64,000 nt of DNA, from NCBI GenBank assembly GCA_937890925.1, contig CALAEK010000064.1:591-64590 (forward strand), given 5' to 3'. Position 1 is the first letter of the stretch. Each line of letters begins with the position of its first letter. The stretch is from an uncultured Riemerella sp. (lineage in GTDB: Bacteria > Bacteroidota > Bacteroidia > Flavobacteriales > Weeksellaceae). Position numbers and translations under genes: made by a program. This document shows positions 45,615-55,500 of this stretch, in pieces. The notes under the pieces were generated by a model that was not told the origin of the DNA, did not search any database, and saw only the letters and a list, made by a program, of their open reading frames with translations.

Positions 45615-45884
45615 ATGGACATCAATCCTAATACTCAATTATTACACCTTACGGTGGCAGAATATATAGAGTTGCATAAGGTAGTAACTGGGCAAAAAAA
45701 AGAAATTAAAGAATATGTGTATGGATTGAAAGGCTTGGCAAAGATATTAGGCTGTTCAAGAACAACTGCTTCTAAAATTAAAAACTCTGGGATGATAGAT
45801 GATGCAATATCTCAAGTGGGAAAGTTAATCGTAATAGATAAGAAAAAAGTTCTTGAAATTATAGCAAAAGAGAATGAATTATGA
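45615..45884 (+). CDS. DUF3853-like HTH (excisionase-like) protein, paralog 2
   Basis: EYVYGLKGLAKILGCSRTTASKIKNSGMIDDAISQVGKLIVIDKKKVLEI. Tandem paralog of the previous gene. Confidence 0.6.
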   Translation: MDINPNTQLLHLTVAEYIELHKVVTGQKKEIKEYVYGLKGLAKILGCSRTTASKIKNSGMIDDAISQVGKLIVIDKKKVLEIIAKENEL

Positions 45885-46585
45885 ATTATACTGAATTAAC
45901 AACCAAATTTTGGTCTATAAATGAAAAATCTCCATTAGGAGCATCTGCTATTGCATTATATTTTTTTCTATTGGAAAAATGTAGACAAAATGATGGCAAA
46001 GATTTTACAATATCAGATAATGCAATAGGTCAAAAATTATCTTTAACTAGACCAACTATTAATGCTCTTAAATCAAAATTAAGAAATGTTGGTTTAATTC
46101 AGTATCAAACAAGAAATGGGGTACCAAGTATTTATAGAATAATAACTGATATTTCTTTCTTACTACAAGAATCACTCCAAAAAGAGACTTTAAATATTAA
46201 AAATAAAGTAAGTCAAGAATCAGAACCATTCAAAAAAATGATAGAAAGCCCTATTATAAATGACATTCAACCTAAAATATTAGAAGAAAAAACAATTCAT
46301 ACATCAACAAGAGAAAATATAAATATACCCTCATTAGATGAGTTTATGAATTTTGCTAAAAGTTTAGAAATTTATGATGAAACAATGGATTTTGCTATCA
46401 AATCAAAATATGAATCATGGAGAGACAATGGCTGGGTCAATGGACTTGGAATCCCTATAAATAAGTGGCAAAATAATTTAAAAAATACACTACCACATTT
46501 AAAAACCTCAAAAAAGAAACTTTCAGGACTTCAGCCAAATAACATTCCTACTATAAAACGCCCAAAACAAACTTACAATGAATAA
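45881..46585 (+). CDS. Replication organiser (DnaD-like winged-helix N-terminus)
   Basis: GASAIALYFFLLEKCRQNDGKDFTISDNAIGQKLSLTRPTINALKSKLRNVGLIQYQ. It overlaps the start of dnaB. Confidence 0.5.
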   Translation: MNYTELTTKFWSINEKSPLGASAIALYFFLLEKCRQNDGKDFTISDNAIGQKLSLTRPTINALKSKLRNVGLIQYQTRNGVPSIYRIITDISFLLQESLQKETLNIKNKVSQESEPFKKMIESPIINDIQPKILEEKTIHTSTRENINIPSLDEFMNFAKSLEIYDETMDFAIKSKYESWRDNGWVNGLGIPINKWQNNLKNTLPHLKTSKKKLSGLQPNNIPTIKRPKQTYNE

Positions 46586-47891
46586 CACAAATATTAAATT
46601 AGAAAAAGAAATTTTAGCTCATTTAATTCAAGAATCATCCTTGTTCGCTAACCATTATACCAAACTAAATCTTAATCTATTCACAACAAAAGAAAATAGA
46701 CTTATATACTCTGTTATTGCGGACTTATGGGAAAATGGTAAAGGAATAGATTTAATGATTGTAACATTAGAATTAAATAAGAGAGGGCATTCTCATTTAG
46801 ACCATTATGTTATAGACTTGATGACTAACTCTTTTTCTTCTGCAAACTTTGAATATCATTTAATGGTTTTGGTGGAACTATCTGTAAAAAGAGATTTTAT
46901 AGATAAGTTTTCAAAATTATTGAGGTTTGCTCAAGAACCCAATATGGATATATTTGATATTCGTGATAAAGCTTTTGAGTATTTTGATAATTTATTTTTA
47001 GACCAATTTATAGACAACAATAAGCAATATCAAAGCTTTTCAAGTCTTGTTCATAAAGCAGAAGAGAGATTTGACAATATCAATCTTAATGGGATTACAG
47101 GTATCCCAAGTTCATTAGGTATTATCAATAAAACAATGGGAGGTTGGCAAAATTCAGACCTTACTATTGTGGCAGGAAGACCTGGAATGGGAAAAACAGC
47201 ATTTTTAGTTCAGCAGGTAGTAGATTTAGCAATCCAAAATATGGCAGTAGGTATATTCTCATTGGAGATGTCTGCAGAACAAATTGCTGTGAGAATTATT
47301 ACAAATTATACCAAAATTCCAAACTCTTCAATATTGAGAAAAGGTCTGAAAGAAGATGAAAGAGAGCGGTATTATCACTATAAGGAAGACTTGACCAAAC
47401 TAAAAATACATATTGATGACACTCCATCAATATCTATTCAAGATTTAAAAGTCAAGGCTAAAATGATGAAATTGAAATATAATATAAAAGCCTTATTTGT
47501 TGATTATCTACAATTAGCAACTTATGAAAAATCACAAAATAGAGAGCAAGAAATCGCTAAAATTTCATCAGGATTAAAGGCTATTGCAAAAGAATTAGAT
47601 ATACCAGTAATCGCTCTCTCTCAACTTTCAAGAGCTGTAGAGAGCCGACCTAATAAACGCCCTCAATTATCCGATTTAAGAGAGTCTGGTTCAATAGAAC
47701 AGGATGCAGATGAAGTCATTTTCCTCTATCGTCCAGAATATTACAATATTGATGAATGGGATGATTACAATAATGCTCCTACAAAAAATGAGGTGGAAAT
47801 TATGATAGCTAAAAATAGAAATGGAGGATTATTAGATGAGAGATATAAAGTAAATATGGCGATTTCTGAATTTAGAAATATAGAATATTAA
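46578..47891 (+). CDS. dnaB: DnaB-family replicative helicase
   Basis: Walker A GRPGMGKTAF, DYLQL, and ALSQLSRAVESRPNKRPQLSDLRESGSIEQDADEVIFLYRPEYY. Confidence 0.9.
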   Translation: MNNTNIKLEKEILAHLIQESSLFANHYTKLNLNLFTTKENRLIYSVIADLWENGKGIDLMIVTLELNKRGHSHLDHYVIDLMTNSFSSANFEYHLMVLVELSVKRDFIDKFSKLLRFAQEPNMDIFDIRDKAFEYFDNLFLDQFIDNNKQYQSFSSLVHKAEERFDNINLNGITGIPSSLGIINKTMGGWQNSDLTIVAGRPGMGKTAFLVQQVVDLAIQNMAVGIFSLEMSAEQIAVRIITNYTKIPNSSILRKGLKEDERERYYHYKEDLTKLKIHIDDTPSISIQDLKVKAKMMKLKYNIKALFVDYLQLATYEKSQNREQEIAKISSGLKAIAKELDIPVIALSQLSRAVESRPNKRPQLSDLRESGSIEQDADEVIFLYRPEYYNIDEWDDYNNAPTKNEVEIMIAKNRNGGLLDERYKVNMAISEFRNIEY

Positions 47892-47906
47892 CCCAAAATA
47901 AAAAAT

Positions 47907-48119
47907 ATGAAAAATATAAATAAACAAAATCTTTCCAAAGACATTCAGCGACAAAAAATAATGTTTGGAATAAGTCTTTTTGCAGTGATATATCTTATCT
48001 ATTTTGGAGCTCAAAATAAAGAATGGAGCTATTATTGTGCAATAGCTTCAGCTTATATTTTTACAAAGACTATGAAATTTTTAATAAAAATTTACAAAAA
48101 TCATAAGCTTCTAAAATGA
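47907..48119 (+). CDS. Small membrane protein
   Basis: 70 aa with two hydrophobic helices. Confidence 0.35.
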   Translation: MKNINKQNLSKDIQRQKIMFGISLFAVIYLIYFGAQNKEWSYYCAIASAYIFTKTMKFLIKIYKNHKLLK

Positions 48120-48322
48120 GAATCTTAAGTCCTTTTTATTTCAAAATAATTGCTCTGTTGTCAATGAATTTAGATCTGTTTAGAATAATAAAACAAGAAG
48201 CTATGAAAAAAATTAAACCTAAATTGATAGTAATTTTCCTAATATTAACACTGTTAATACTCTTTTTTCTGAAAAAGTTAGAGTTTATATTTATGATACC
48301 TCCAAGTCCATTTTTTATTTAA
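48116..48322 (+). CDS. Small membrane protein
   Basis: 68 aa, hydrophobic, overlap-coupled. Confidence 0.3.
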   Translation: MRILSPFYFKIIALLSMNLDLFRIIKQEAMKKIKPKLIVIFLILTLLILFFLKKLEFIFMIPPSPFFI

Positions 48323-48332
48323 AATCAATATC

Positions 48333-48518
48333 ATGAATGAATTAGAACTATTTACAGAAGAATTATTTCCACCCACAAGGGAGGAATTAGAAGAAATCTT
48401 GGAAACTATACAAAAGCAACTGGAAGACCCAAAATTTGAAGAACATTGGGCGTTTTTACATCAGCAGTATTTACTTAAAAAACAACTATTAAAAGATTTA
48501 GAAGATGAAAACTTTTGA
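48333..48518 (+). CDS. Small, highly acidic protein
   Basis: 61 aa rich in Glu/Leu. Confidence 0.35.
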   Translation: MNELELFTEELFPPTREELEEILETIQKQLEDPKFEEHWAFLHQQYLLKKQLLKDLEDENF

Positions 48519-49008
48519 AAATTACACTATTGTTAAAGAAACAGAATGGGCTATACTCATCAAAGTCTTTGTTTCTGAATTAGAAAAAGAAGTAGAATTT
48601 TGGTTACCCAAATCCAAAACAGAAAAAAAAGATGAGGGTTTAGAAATTGACACCGAAACTTGGGAAACCAAAATAGAAGAATTGAAAACTCCACAAGAGG
48701 AAGAGTGCGTATTTGTCTATGTAGATAAATACGAAGAATTAGAAAAATCTTACAAACTAATCCTTACTGCTACTCTCAAAAAAATAAATACTAATCCTTG
48801 GGCTTTTGTTCCCAAAACTTTGGTCAAAGACCTCGGAGAAATTGAAGAGAATGAAAGAGGAAAGTTTTATTTTAAAATCCCCCTTTGGTTTTGGGAAAAG
48901 AATTTAGAGAAAATCATTTCTGATACCTTGGAATTTTTCAATAAAGATAAAGAAAAGGGAGAGGAAAAATTCAAGAAGAATGATTTTAAATTATGGAGTT
49001 TGGAATAA
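48505..49008 (+). CDS. Hypothetical Glu/Lys-rich protein
   Basis: 167-aa ORF, the last gene of the AT-rich block. Confidence 0.4.
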   Translation: MKTFENYTIVKETEWAILIKVFVSELEKEVEFWLPKSKTEKKDEGLEIDTETWETKIEELKTPQEEECVFVYVDKYEELEKSYKLILTATLKKINTNPWAFVPKTLVKDLGEIEENERGKFYFKIPLWFWEKNLEKIISDTLEFFNKDKEKGEEKFKKNDFKLWSLE

Positions 49009-49141
49009 TAGTAACTATATAGTTAAGTAGCTTTTTATTTAAAAAAAAGAAAATCATGATAAAAATCATATTGCATAGGAATATAAAAGCTTATACATTT
49101 GCGAATGTTAAAATTTTGTTAAATAAATATTCAAATAGAAG

Positions 49142-49837
49142 ATGAAGAAACTGGGTTTAATGCTACTGCTAATTTCTGGACTATCCAAAGGTCAGTATTT
49201 AGATAATTTAACCTATGGTCTGAAACTTGGTGCTCTGCATTCCCGTGTTACCAATCTTCCAGAGATGCTTATTGGTAGGGAAAACAATCGACAATTGTTT
49301 GATATTACAAGTAAGGGCGTTTTCGGAGTTGAAGGCGGTCTTTTTTTAAATTATAAACTTCCTGCTTCCAGAGTTGCTATTCAGCCGGAGCTATTATTTC
49401 GTTATTCAGGAGCAGAAGTAAATTACAACAACGAAACCACAGGCAGTAGTTACAAACTAGGGCTTAGGTATTCATATTTAATGCTTGGCGGAATTTATAA
49501 GGTATATCCTTTCTTAGGGTTAAATATAGGCATAGGAGCTTTCTATTCTAAAAATCTTACTCCACATGCAATAAGTTATAACTCCAATGAGCGTAATGGT
49601 CTCTATGATACCAATTTTCGCCAGTTCTATAGAGAAGGAATTGTGGGGAAGGATGATTTTAATTTGAGCTTTTCCTTAGGATATGAACTTGAGGATAATT
49701 TCCATTTTGATTTAAGATATTATCTTGGTGTGGGAGATATGATAGGAAATAGAGTGACTTCTTTTCAATTTTTGGAAAACACTAATCGTAACTCTTATCT
49801 AAGTCTCTCCGTAGGATATAGTTTTCATAATTGGTAA
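49142..49837 (+). CDS. Porin-family outer-membrane beta-barrel protein
   Basis: Signal peptide MKKLGLMLLLISGLSKGQ, alternating beta-strand pattern, and an aromatic C-terminus (YSFHNW). Confidence 0.7.
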   Translation: MKKLGLMLLLISGLSKGQYLDNLTYGLKLGALHSRVTNLPEMLIGRENNRQLFDITSKGVFGVEGGLFLNYKLPASRVAIQPELLFRYSGAEVNYNNETTGSSYKLGLRYSYLMLGGIYKVYPFLGLNIGIGAFYSKNLTPHAISYNSNERNGLYDTNFRQFYREGIVGKDDFNLSFSLGYELEDNFHFDLRYYLGVGDMIGNRVTSFQFLENTNRNSYLSLSVGYSFHNW

Positions 49838-49843
49838 AAAGAA

Positions 49844-50578
49844 ATGAAGAAAATAGGATTTTTGTTGTTGCTGATTTCTGCTTCAGCAGCATATGGACAG
49901 CGTTCAGAAAGAAGAATTACTTATGGTGTATTTGCAGGAGGAATGTATTCTAAAATCACCAACATTGAAAAGGTACTTATCCCTGATAATATGTATGCAG
50001 GTTATACCATAAAAGAACCCTATAAATTTGGCTATGGAGCAGGTGCTTTCTTAAACTGGTACTATCCTGAAGTGAGAATCAGTTTTCAGCCTGAACTCTA
50101 CTATTCCTACCAGCCTGGACAACTTGAATATACCGACACTAACGGATTAAACTATACCCTTAAATTTCCTTATCATAGCCTCAATGCAGGGTTTATGGTA
50201 AAGTTTTACTTTACAGAAGGTTTTTATGCAGGAGCAGGTCCTTATTTTAACTTTAATTTAGATAAAGATGTTTTGGAATACCGTTCCAACGGAGCAGAGA
50301 TGTCCAGAAAGTCGGGTGTTTATTTTGAGCCCGATGCTGTGGTACAGAATGTTTTAAAACAGTCATTGGAAGGTAAAGACTATTTCCATTTAGGTATGGG
50401 TATCGGTTATGAGTTTGATAATAAACTGAATATAGGCATCCGTTATCATTTGGGATTGTCAGACGCTTTGGAAACTCAGCAGAATGGACACCGCTACCGA
50501 GAGCAGAATAACATGGTCAATGCTTTTTTTCTCAATATCGGTTACCGCTTTACTTTTGACGGATACAATAACTTTTAA
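49844..50578 (+). CDS. Porin-family outer-membrane beta-barrel protein (tandem paralog)
   Basis: Signal peptide MKKIGFLLLLISASAAYGQ. Same architecture as the previous gene (GIRYHLGLSD / DLRYYLGVGD). Confidence 0.7.
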   Translation: MKKIGFLLLLISASAAYGQRSERRITYGVFAGGMYSKITNIEKVLIPDNMYAGYTIKEPYKFGYGAGAFLNWYYPEVRISFQPELYYSYQPGQLEYTDTNGLNYTLKFPYHSLNAGFMVKFYFTEGFYAGAGPYFNFNLDKDVLEYRSNGAEMSRKSGVYFEPDAVVQNVLKQSLEGKDYFHLGMGIGYEFDNKLNIGIRYHLGLSDALETQQNGHRYREQNNMVNAFFLNIGYRFTFDGYNNF

Positions 50579-50592
50579 AATATACGAAAAAT

Positions 50593-52575
50593 ATGAGGAA
50601 ACTTTATTTTTCACTAGGAGTTTTACTTTCCTTTTATAAGGTTTATGCACAAGAAAAATATCCTTCAGGAGTTCCCACTCCGATCTACTGGATAAAAACT
50701 GAAAAGGAAAAAGGAAAAACACAGGTAAAAGAAAAAATAAAAGGACAGGAAATTCATTTTGATAAAGCAGAAGGGCTTAGCATCAATGGAAATCCTGTTT
50801 TTTACATCAAAGAAGGAAAAACAATTTCTCTGCCTTTAGAAAAATCTGCAGCAGAACATTACTCACTTTTTGTAGTTTATAAAGGAGAAAAAAACGAAGG
50901 AGAATACCCCTTATGGTCTCTTTTAAATACATCTGCTGCTCAGTATAAACTAGTAGCGACCAACCGTCGTTTTGCTGATATGGAAAAAACTCTGTACAGC
51001 AGCTATCCGCAGGGAAATAGAGACAAGGTAAAAATTCATTATTACCAGCATTATAAAAATCTAGAGTCCAAGGAAAATAATACCCCAAATAAATCTTCTC
51101 AGTACGAACTTCATTTAGCAGGTAAAATAGCTCATCTGCCACTTGAAGAATTTTCTGGATATATTGGAGAAATATTACTTTATGACCGAGTGCTTTCCCC
51201 TATGGAAATGCAGCAGGTAGCATCTTATTTATCCATTAAATATGGTGTTTCTCTCAGCCAGACAGAATATAAAAATTACTATAACAGTAGAGGAGAGAAA
51301 ATATGGGATTATACTGAACATAAGGAATTTAATCAAAATATTACTGCTGTAGGAAAAGATAAAGAGGGAGAAATCTCCCAGATGGCCAGTAGAAATTCTA
51401 ATGATGAGCAGATGATTACGGTAGGGCTCACTGCAAAAAATGACAAGGAAATTCCAGATGGTTATTTTGTTTTCTGGAGTGATAATGGTAAAGAATTAGA
51501 ACTAAAAAAACAAAAAGAAGGTCAGCCCAGAGGACTCTCCAGAGTCTGGTTAATGGATTATCATAAACATTCTAATGTAGAACTGCATTGGAAGGCTGAC
51601 CCTAGAGTCCTGCCTCCTCTTTCAAGTGATGAAGAAGCAAAGTCTAGTGAGAAAAATGATTACTATTGGCTGGTCACAGATTCTTCTAAGGAGCGATTAT
51701 TTCATCCTACTTCAACAAAGTATCATAAATTAGGAAAAGTTTCCTCCCAAAAGCCATTGAGTTTTAATAATTGGGAAGATTCTGTCAATGGACAGACTGC
51801 TTATAGTATCTGGATGGCACCAGAGATGTTTTCTCATCTAGATATAGAAGCCTCCAAATGCAGGGAAAGTCTCTCTGGAAAAGTTAGATTTAATATTGTG
51901 GGTGGACAGGCTCCTTATCATGTAACCCTTCATAGAGAAGAAACTCCTTCCTATCAGCAAAGTATGAACTTAAGTTCTGAAGAACTTAATCAAAAGGCTC
52001 TGCGCCTTTCTTCAGGAAAGTATTTATACAACATTTCTGATGCTTATGGAAGGACTTACAAGGATAGCTTTTATCTCTCTGACGGAGATGCTCCGCTACC
52101 AAATCTCAATTCAGAATATATCATCGCTAAAAAACCACTGCTACTGTCTCCAGAAGAAAGCTTGCCTAAAGGGAGCTATGCCTATCAGTGGTACCAGAAC
52201 GGTCGTCTAGTTTCAGAAAACAAAAATTATCTCCTCAGCCAGGCAGGTGACTATGAGCTTAGAATCAAAAACGAGCATGGCTGTAAATCTGTTTCTAAAT
52301 TCAAGACTTATGTAGAAAATGAAATTGCGGACTCCCAGATTCTGCTCTATCCTAATCCTGCTCCAGGAGGAAAATTTACGCTTCAGGCAGCGTTCCCTAA
52401 AACTACCAGCGGACAGGTCAGCATTTATACCATGGAGGGAAGGCTCATGCAGTCACAGAATTTCTATAATCTATCTCAGTATGAATATCATGGAAATATT
52501 GGTGTTTCAGGGGTATATATCATCCAAATTAAAACACTATTGGGAGAAAACAGCTTAAAACTTATTGTTCATTAA
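50593..52575 (+). CDS. T9SS-sorted surface protein with a LamG-like domain and SprB-type repeat
   Basis: Signal peptide. LamG-type end motif GYIGEILLYDRVLSPMEMQQVASYLSIKYGV. SprB-like repeat CRESLSGKVRFNIVGGQAPYHVTL. T9SS C-terminal domain LLYPNPAPGGKFTLQ...GVYIIQIKT...LKLIV. Confidence 0.75.
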   Translation: MRKLYFSLGVLLSFYKVYAQEKYPSGVPTPIYWIKTEKEKGKTQVKEKIKGQEIHFDKAEGLSINGNPVFYIKEGKTISLPLEKSAAEHYSLFVVYKGEKNEGEYPLWSLLNTSAAQYKLVATNRRFADMEKTLYSSYPQGNRDKVKIHYYQHYKNLESKENNTPNKSSQYELHLAGKIAHLPLEEFSGYIGEILLYDRVLSPMEMQQVASYLSIKYGVSLSQTEYKNYYNSRGEKIWDYTEHKEFNQNITAVGKDKEGEISQMASRNSNDEQMITVGLTAKNDKEIPDGYFVFWSDNGKELELKKQKEGQPRGLSRVWLMDYHKHSNVELHWKADPRVLPPLSSDEEAKSSEKNDYYWLVTDSSKERLFHPTSTKYHKLGKVSSQKPLSFNNWEDSVNGQTAYSIWMAPEMFSHLDIEASKCRESLSGKVRFNIVGGQAPYHVTLHREETPSYQQSMNLSSEELNQKALRLSSGKYLYNISDAYGRTYKDSFYLSDGDAPLPNLNSEYIIAKKPLLLSPEESLPKGSYAYQWYQNGRLVSENKNYLLSQAGDYELRIKNEHGCKSVSKFKTYVENEIADSQILLYPNPAPGGKFTLQAAFPKTTSGQVSIYTMEGRLMQSQNFYNLSQYEYHGNIGVSGVYIIQIKTLLGENSLKLIVH

Positions 52576-52585
52576 TTGTATCAAC

Positions 52586-55500
52586 ATGAGAAAAAAATAC
52601 TTCTATAATCTATTTTTATTTTTAGGGATAAGTGCCAGCTTAGGAGCTGTAACCTATGTTTCAAGGCATTTAGACTTTTTCAGCACTAAAGAAATAGAAA
52701 ACAAAAATAAACCTGATACTACAGAAGAACATCCTAATTTATCTGGAAAGCTTCTTACTCCTTCCTCTGCAGCGGTCATCAGTCAGAAGGGATTTTGGGC
52801 TGAATTTCCAGAAAGAAGTGTTTCTAAGGCACTAAGGGTATCTGTTTCTGCCCTAAATAAAAGAAATCTTCCTGCTCTAGGAAGCAACATAATTAATCTA
52901 ACAAAAAATGCGGAGGGTTATCGTATGCGGCCTGGGGGAATTTTATTTGAAAAGGAAATTTCTATTGAAATTGCTTATGACAAAACTAAAATCCCAGAAG
53001 GATATACTGAAAAAGACATTTCCATTTTCTTCTACGACAGAGCTAAAAAGCTATGGCAGAAACTTCCGCAATCAGAAGTAAAATCTCATTTAGCAGAGAG
53101 TGTCAGCGGGAAAACTAAGGAATCTTCAGACTTTATTGCGGGAATTATCAAACTTCCTGAAAGTCCCGATACTTCAGGTTTTACTCCTACCAGCATCAGT
53201 GGGCTCAAAGCTGCAAGCCCTTTTGTTGGAGTACAGTCAGTTTCTCCACCTTCAGCAAGTCCAGACGGCTCGGCTTCAACCTCCTTTTCTATAGATCTTC
53301 CAGCTGGAAGAGCAGGTATGCAGCCAGGGCTGAGTATACAATACAGCAGTGATGGCGGTCAAAGCTGGCTGGGAACAGGATGGAATTTAACCCTTCCTTC
53401 TCTAAGTATTGATACCCGTTGGGGAGCACCTCGTTATGATGCTCAATATGAGACAGAATCTTATATTTTATCAGGAGAAGAACTTCTACCTAACACCCAC
53501 AGAAATGAGTGGGAAAACAGAACTACAAACAAGCGTTTTTACCCAAGAAGGGAAGGGAGCTTTAACCAAATCATTAGAAAAGGAAACCATCCTAATAATT
53601 ATCATTGGATGGTAAAATCTAAAAGTGGGGTTACTTTTTACTATGGGGGAGATGAAAACAGTATAGCTGCTTCTTCTGTGCTTGCAGATCCTCAGGGTAA
53701 TATAGGGCATTGGGCGATTTCTTCTCAGAAAGACCTGAAAGGAAACAGTATCCACTATGAATATGTAAAAGATGGCGGGGTACTCTACCCTAAAAGTATT
53801 TATTATACTGGAAAAAACAACACCAAAGGGGCTTACTCTGTACATTTTATTACAGACAAAGACTTGGGAGAAAACCTAAGAAATGATGTTCAAATTTCTG
53901 CAAGGCTTGGTTTTAAACAACAGCACGACAGGCTTCTTCGAAAAATAGAAATAAAGTACTCTGGACAAATGGTTCGCTCTTATGAGTTGGTCTACAGAGA
54001 GGGCGCCTTCAAAAAAACATTACTGAAAGAAATCCGCAGTTATGATGCCGAAGGACAGCTTTTCTATACTAACAAAATGGATTATTATGATGATGTCCAT
54101 GACAGTAATGGCAATTATATTCCTTTTGGAGCTTTTAAAACTTGGCAAGTTCCATCTGATAACATTGCCTATACTATTCTAGGAATAGATGGTTTTTCTG
54201 GTAAACCTACACTGGTGGGAACTTCCAACTCCGAGAGTGGAGGGGTAAACTTCCGAGTGGGAGTAGGAATTACAGGAATAGGCAGATTTAATAACAGTAC
54301 CTTAGGAGGCGGTGGAGGAAGCAACTGGGGAAGCACTCATTCTAAAGTTCTCTTTCAGGATATAGATGGAGATAACCTTCCTGATAAAATTTATATTGAT
54401 GGTAGCAGCGTTTACTATAGAAAAAACCTTACCGCTTTAGGAACAGAAGGTTTTGGTCCCAAAATTCCTATTAATCTCTCTAGTTTAGGAAGAACAAAAT
54501 CTAATTCCTATAATTTTGGAGTAGACTTAATGGTTAATCTTAACAATAAAGTAGGTTTTCCTATTGGTTATAACAAACAGGTATCTAAGAATATCACTGA
54601 GAGTTATTTCATGGACTTCAATGGAGATGGACTGGTAGATTTTGCCAATAGAGGGACGATATACTATAACCGTCTGGTAAATGGAATACCAACATTCTCA
54701 CCAAGTAGTACAGGTACACCTTCTCCTATTCTCAACACAGGAACCCTTAGCATCTCAGGAACCACGGGAATTACCCGAGAGGAATTGGAAAGAAACAATC
54801 CGCTTCATGATGTGGTAAGAACCTGGAAAGCTCCAGTGGCAGGAAGAATTTCCATTTCCCATACCTACAAATTGATAGAAGATTTATCTCCTAAAAGAGC
54901 TGAGTATACAAAAAATGATGGCACTCCAAAAGCAGATGGGGTAAAGCTTTATTTTCAGCATAAAGGAAATCTTGTTTGGCAGGAAGATATTACTGCTGAT
55001 GATTATGCCTTGAAATCCAAAACCGAAGAACTCAATGTACAGAAAGGAGATGTGCTTTACTTCAGAGTAAGCTCTAAGGAAGATGGAAACTATGATAAAA
55101 CTTTTTGGAAACCAGAGATTACTTATACTTCTCTTGCTGCAGCACAGGATGAAAACAGCCTTGATTTAAAGAAATATACCATAGAGGATATTCTCTTTTC
55201 TTCTGAGCAGATGTATGCTTTTCCAAGCGATACTCGTCCTACATTAAGAGGTAACTTTGTAAAAGGAGCTACTACAGATGGTATTAAATTAAAATTTTAT
55301 AAGATAGACCTTACTCATGGCAGTAAAACTCTTGTTCATGAGCAGTATTTCAGTGAAGCTGCTGCTACCTATGATTTGTCTTTAATCCCGCTGGGCAACT
55401 TCCAGCAGGCTGAAGCACTGAAAGTAGAAATAGAAAGTGAAACAGAAATTAACTGGAGAAATATAGACTTTAGACCTAGTATAGAATATGTAGACGGAGA

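Larger units (their letters stand above)
42046..49008. mobile_element. 7-kb integrative element without virion genes (satellite-like element or cryptic prophage early region)
   Basis: int, secreted protein and cI-like on the minus strand. cro-like, antirepressor, two HTH paralogs, replication organiser, DnaB and four small ORFs on the plus strand. About 29% GC. The right boundary is inferred only from the change of gene content. Confidence 0.55.
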
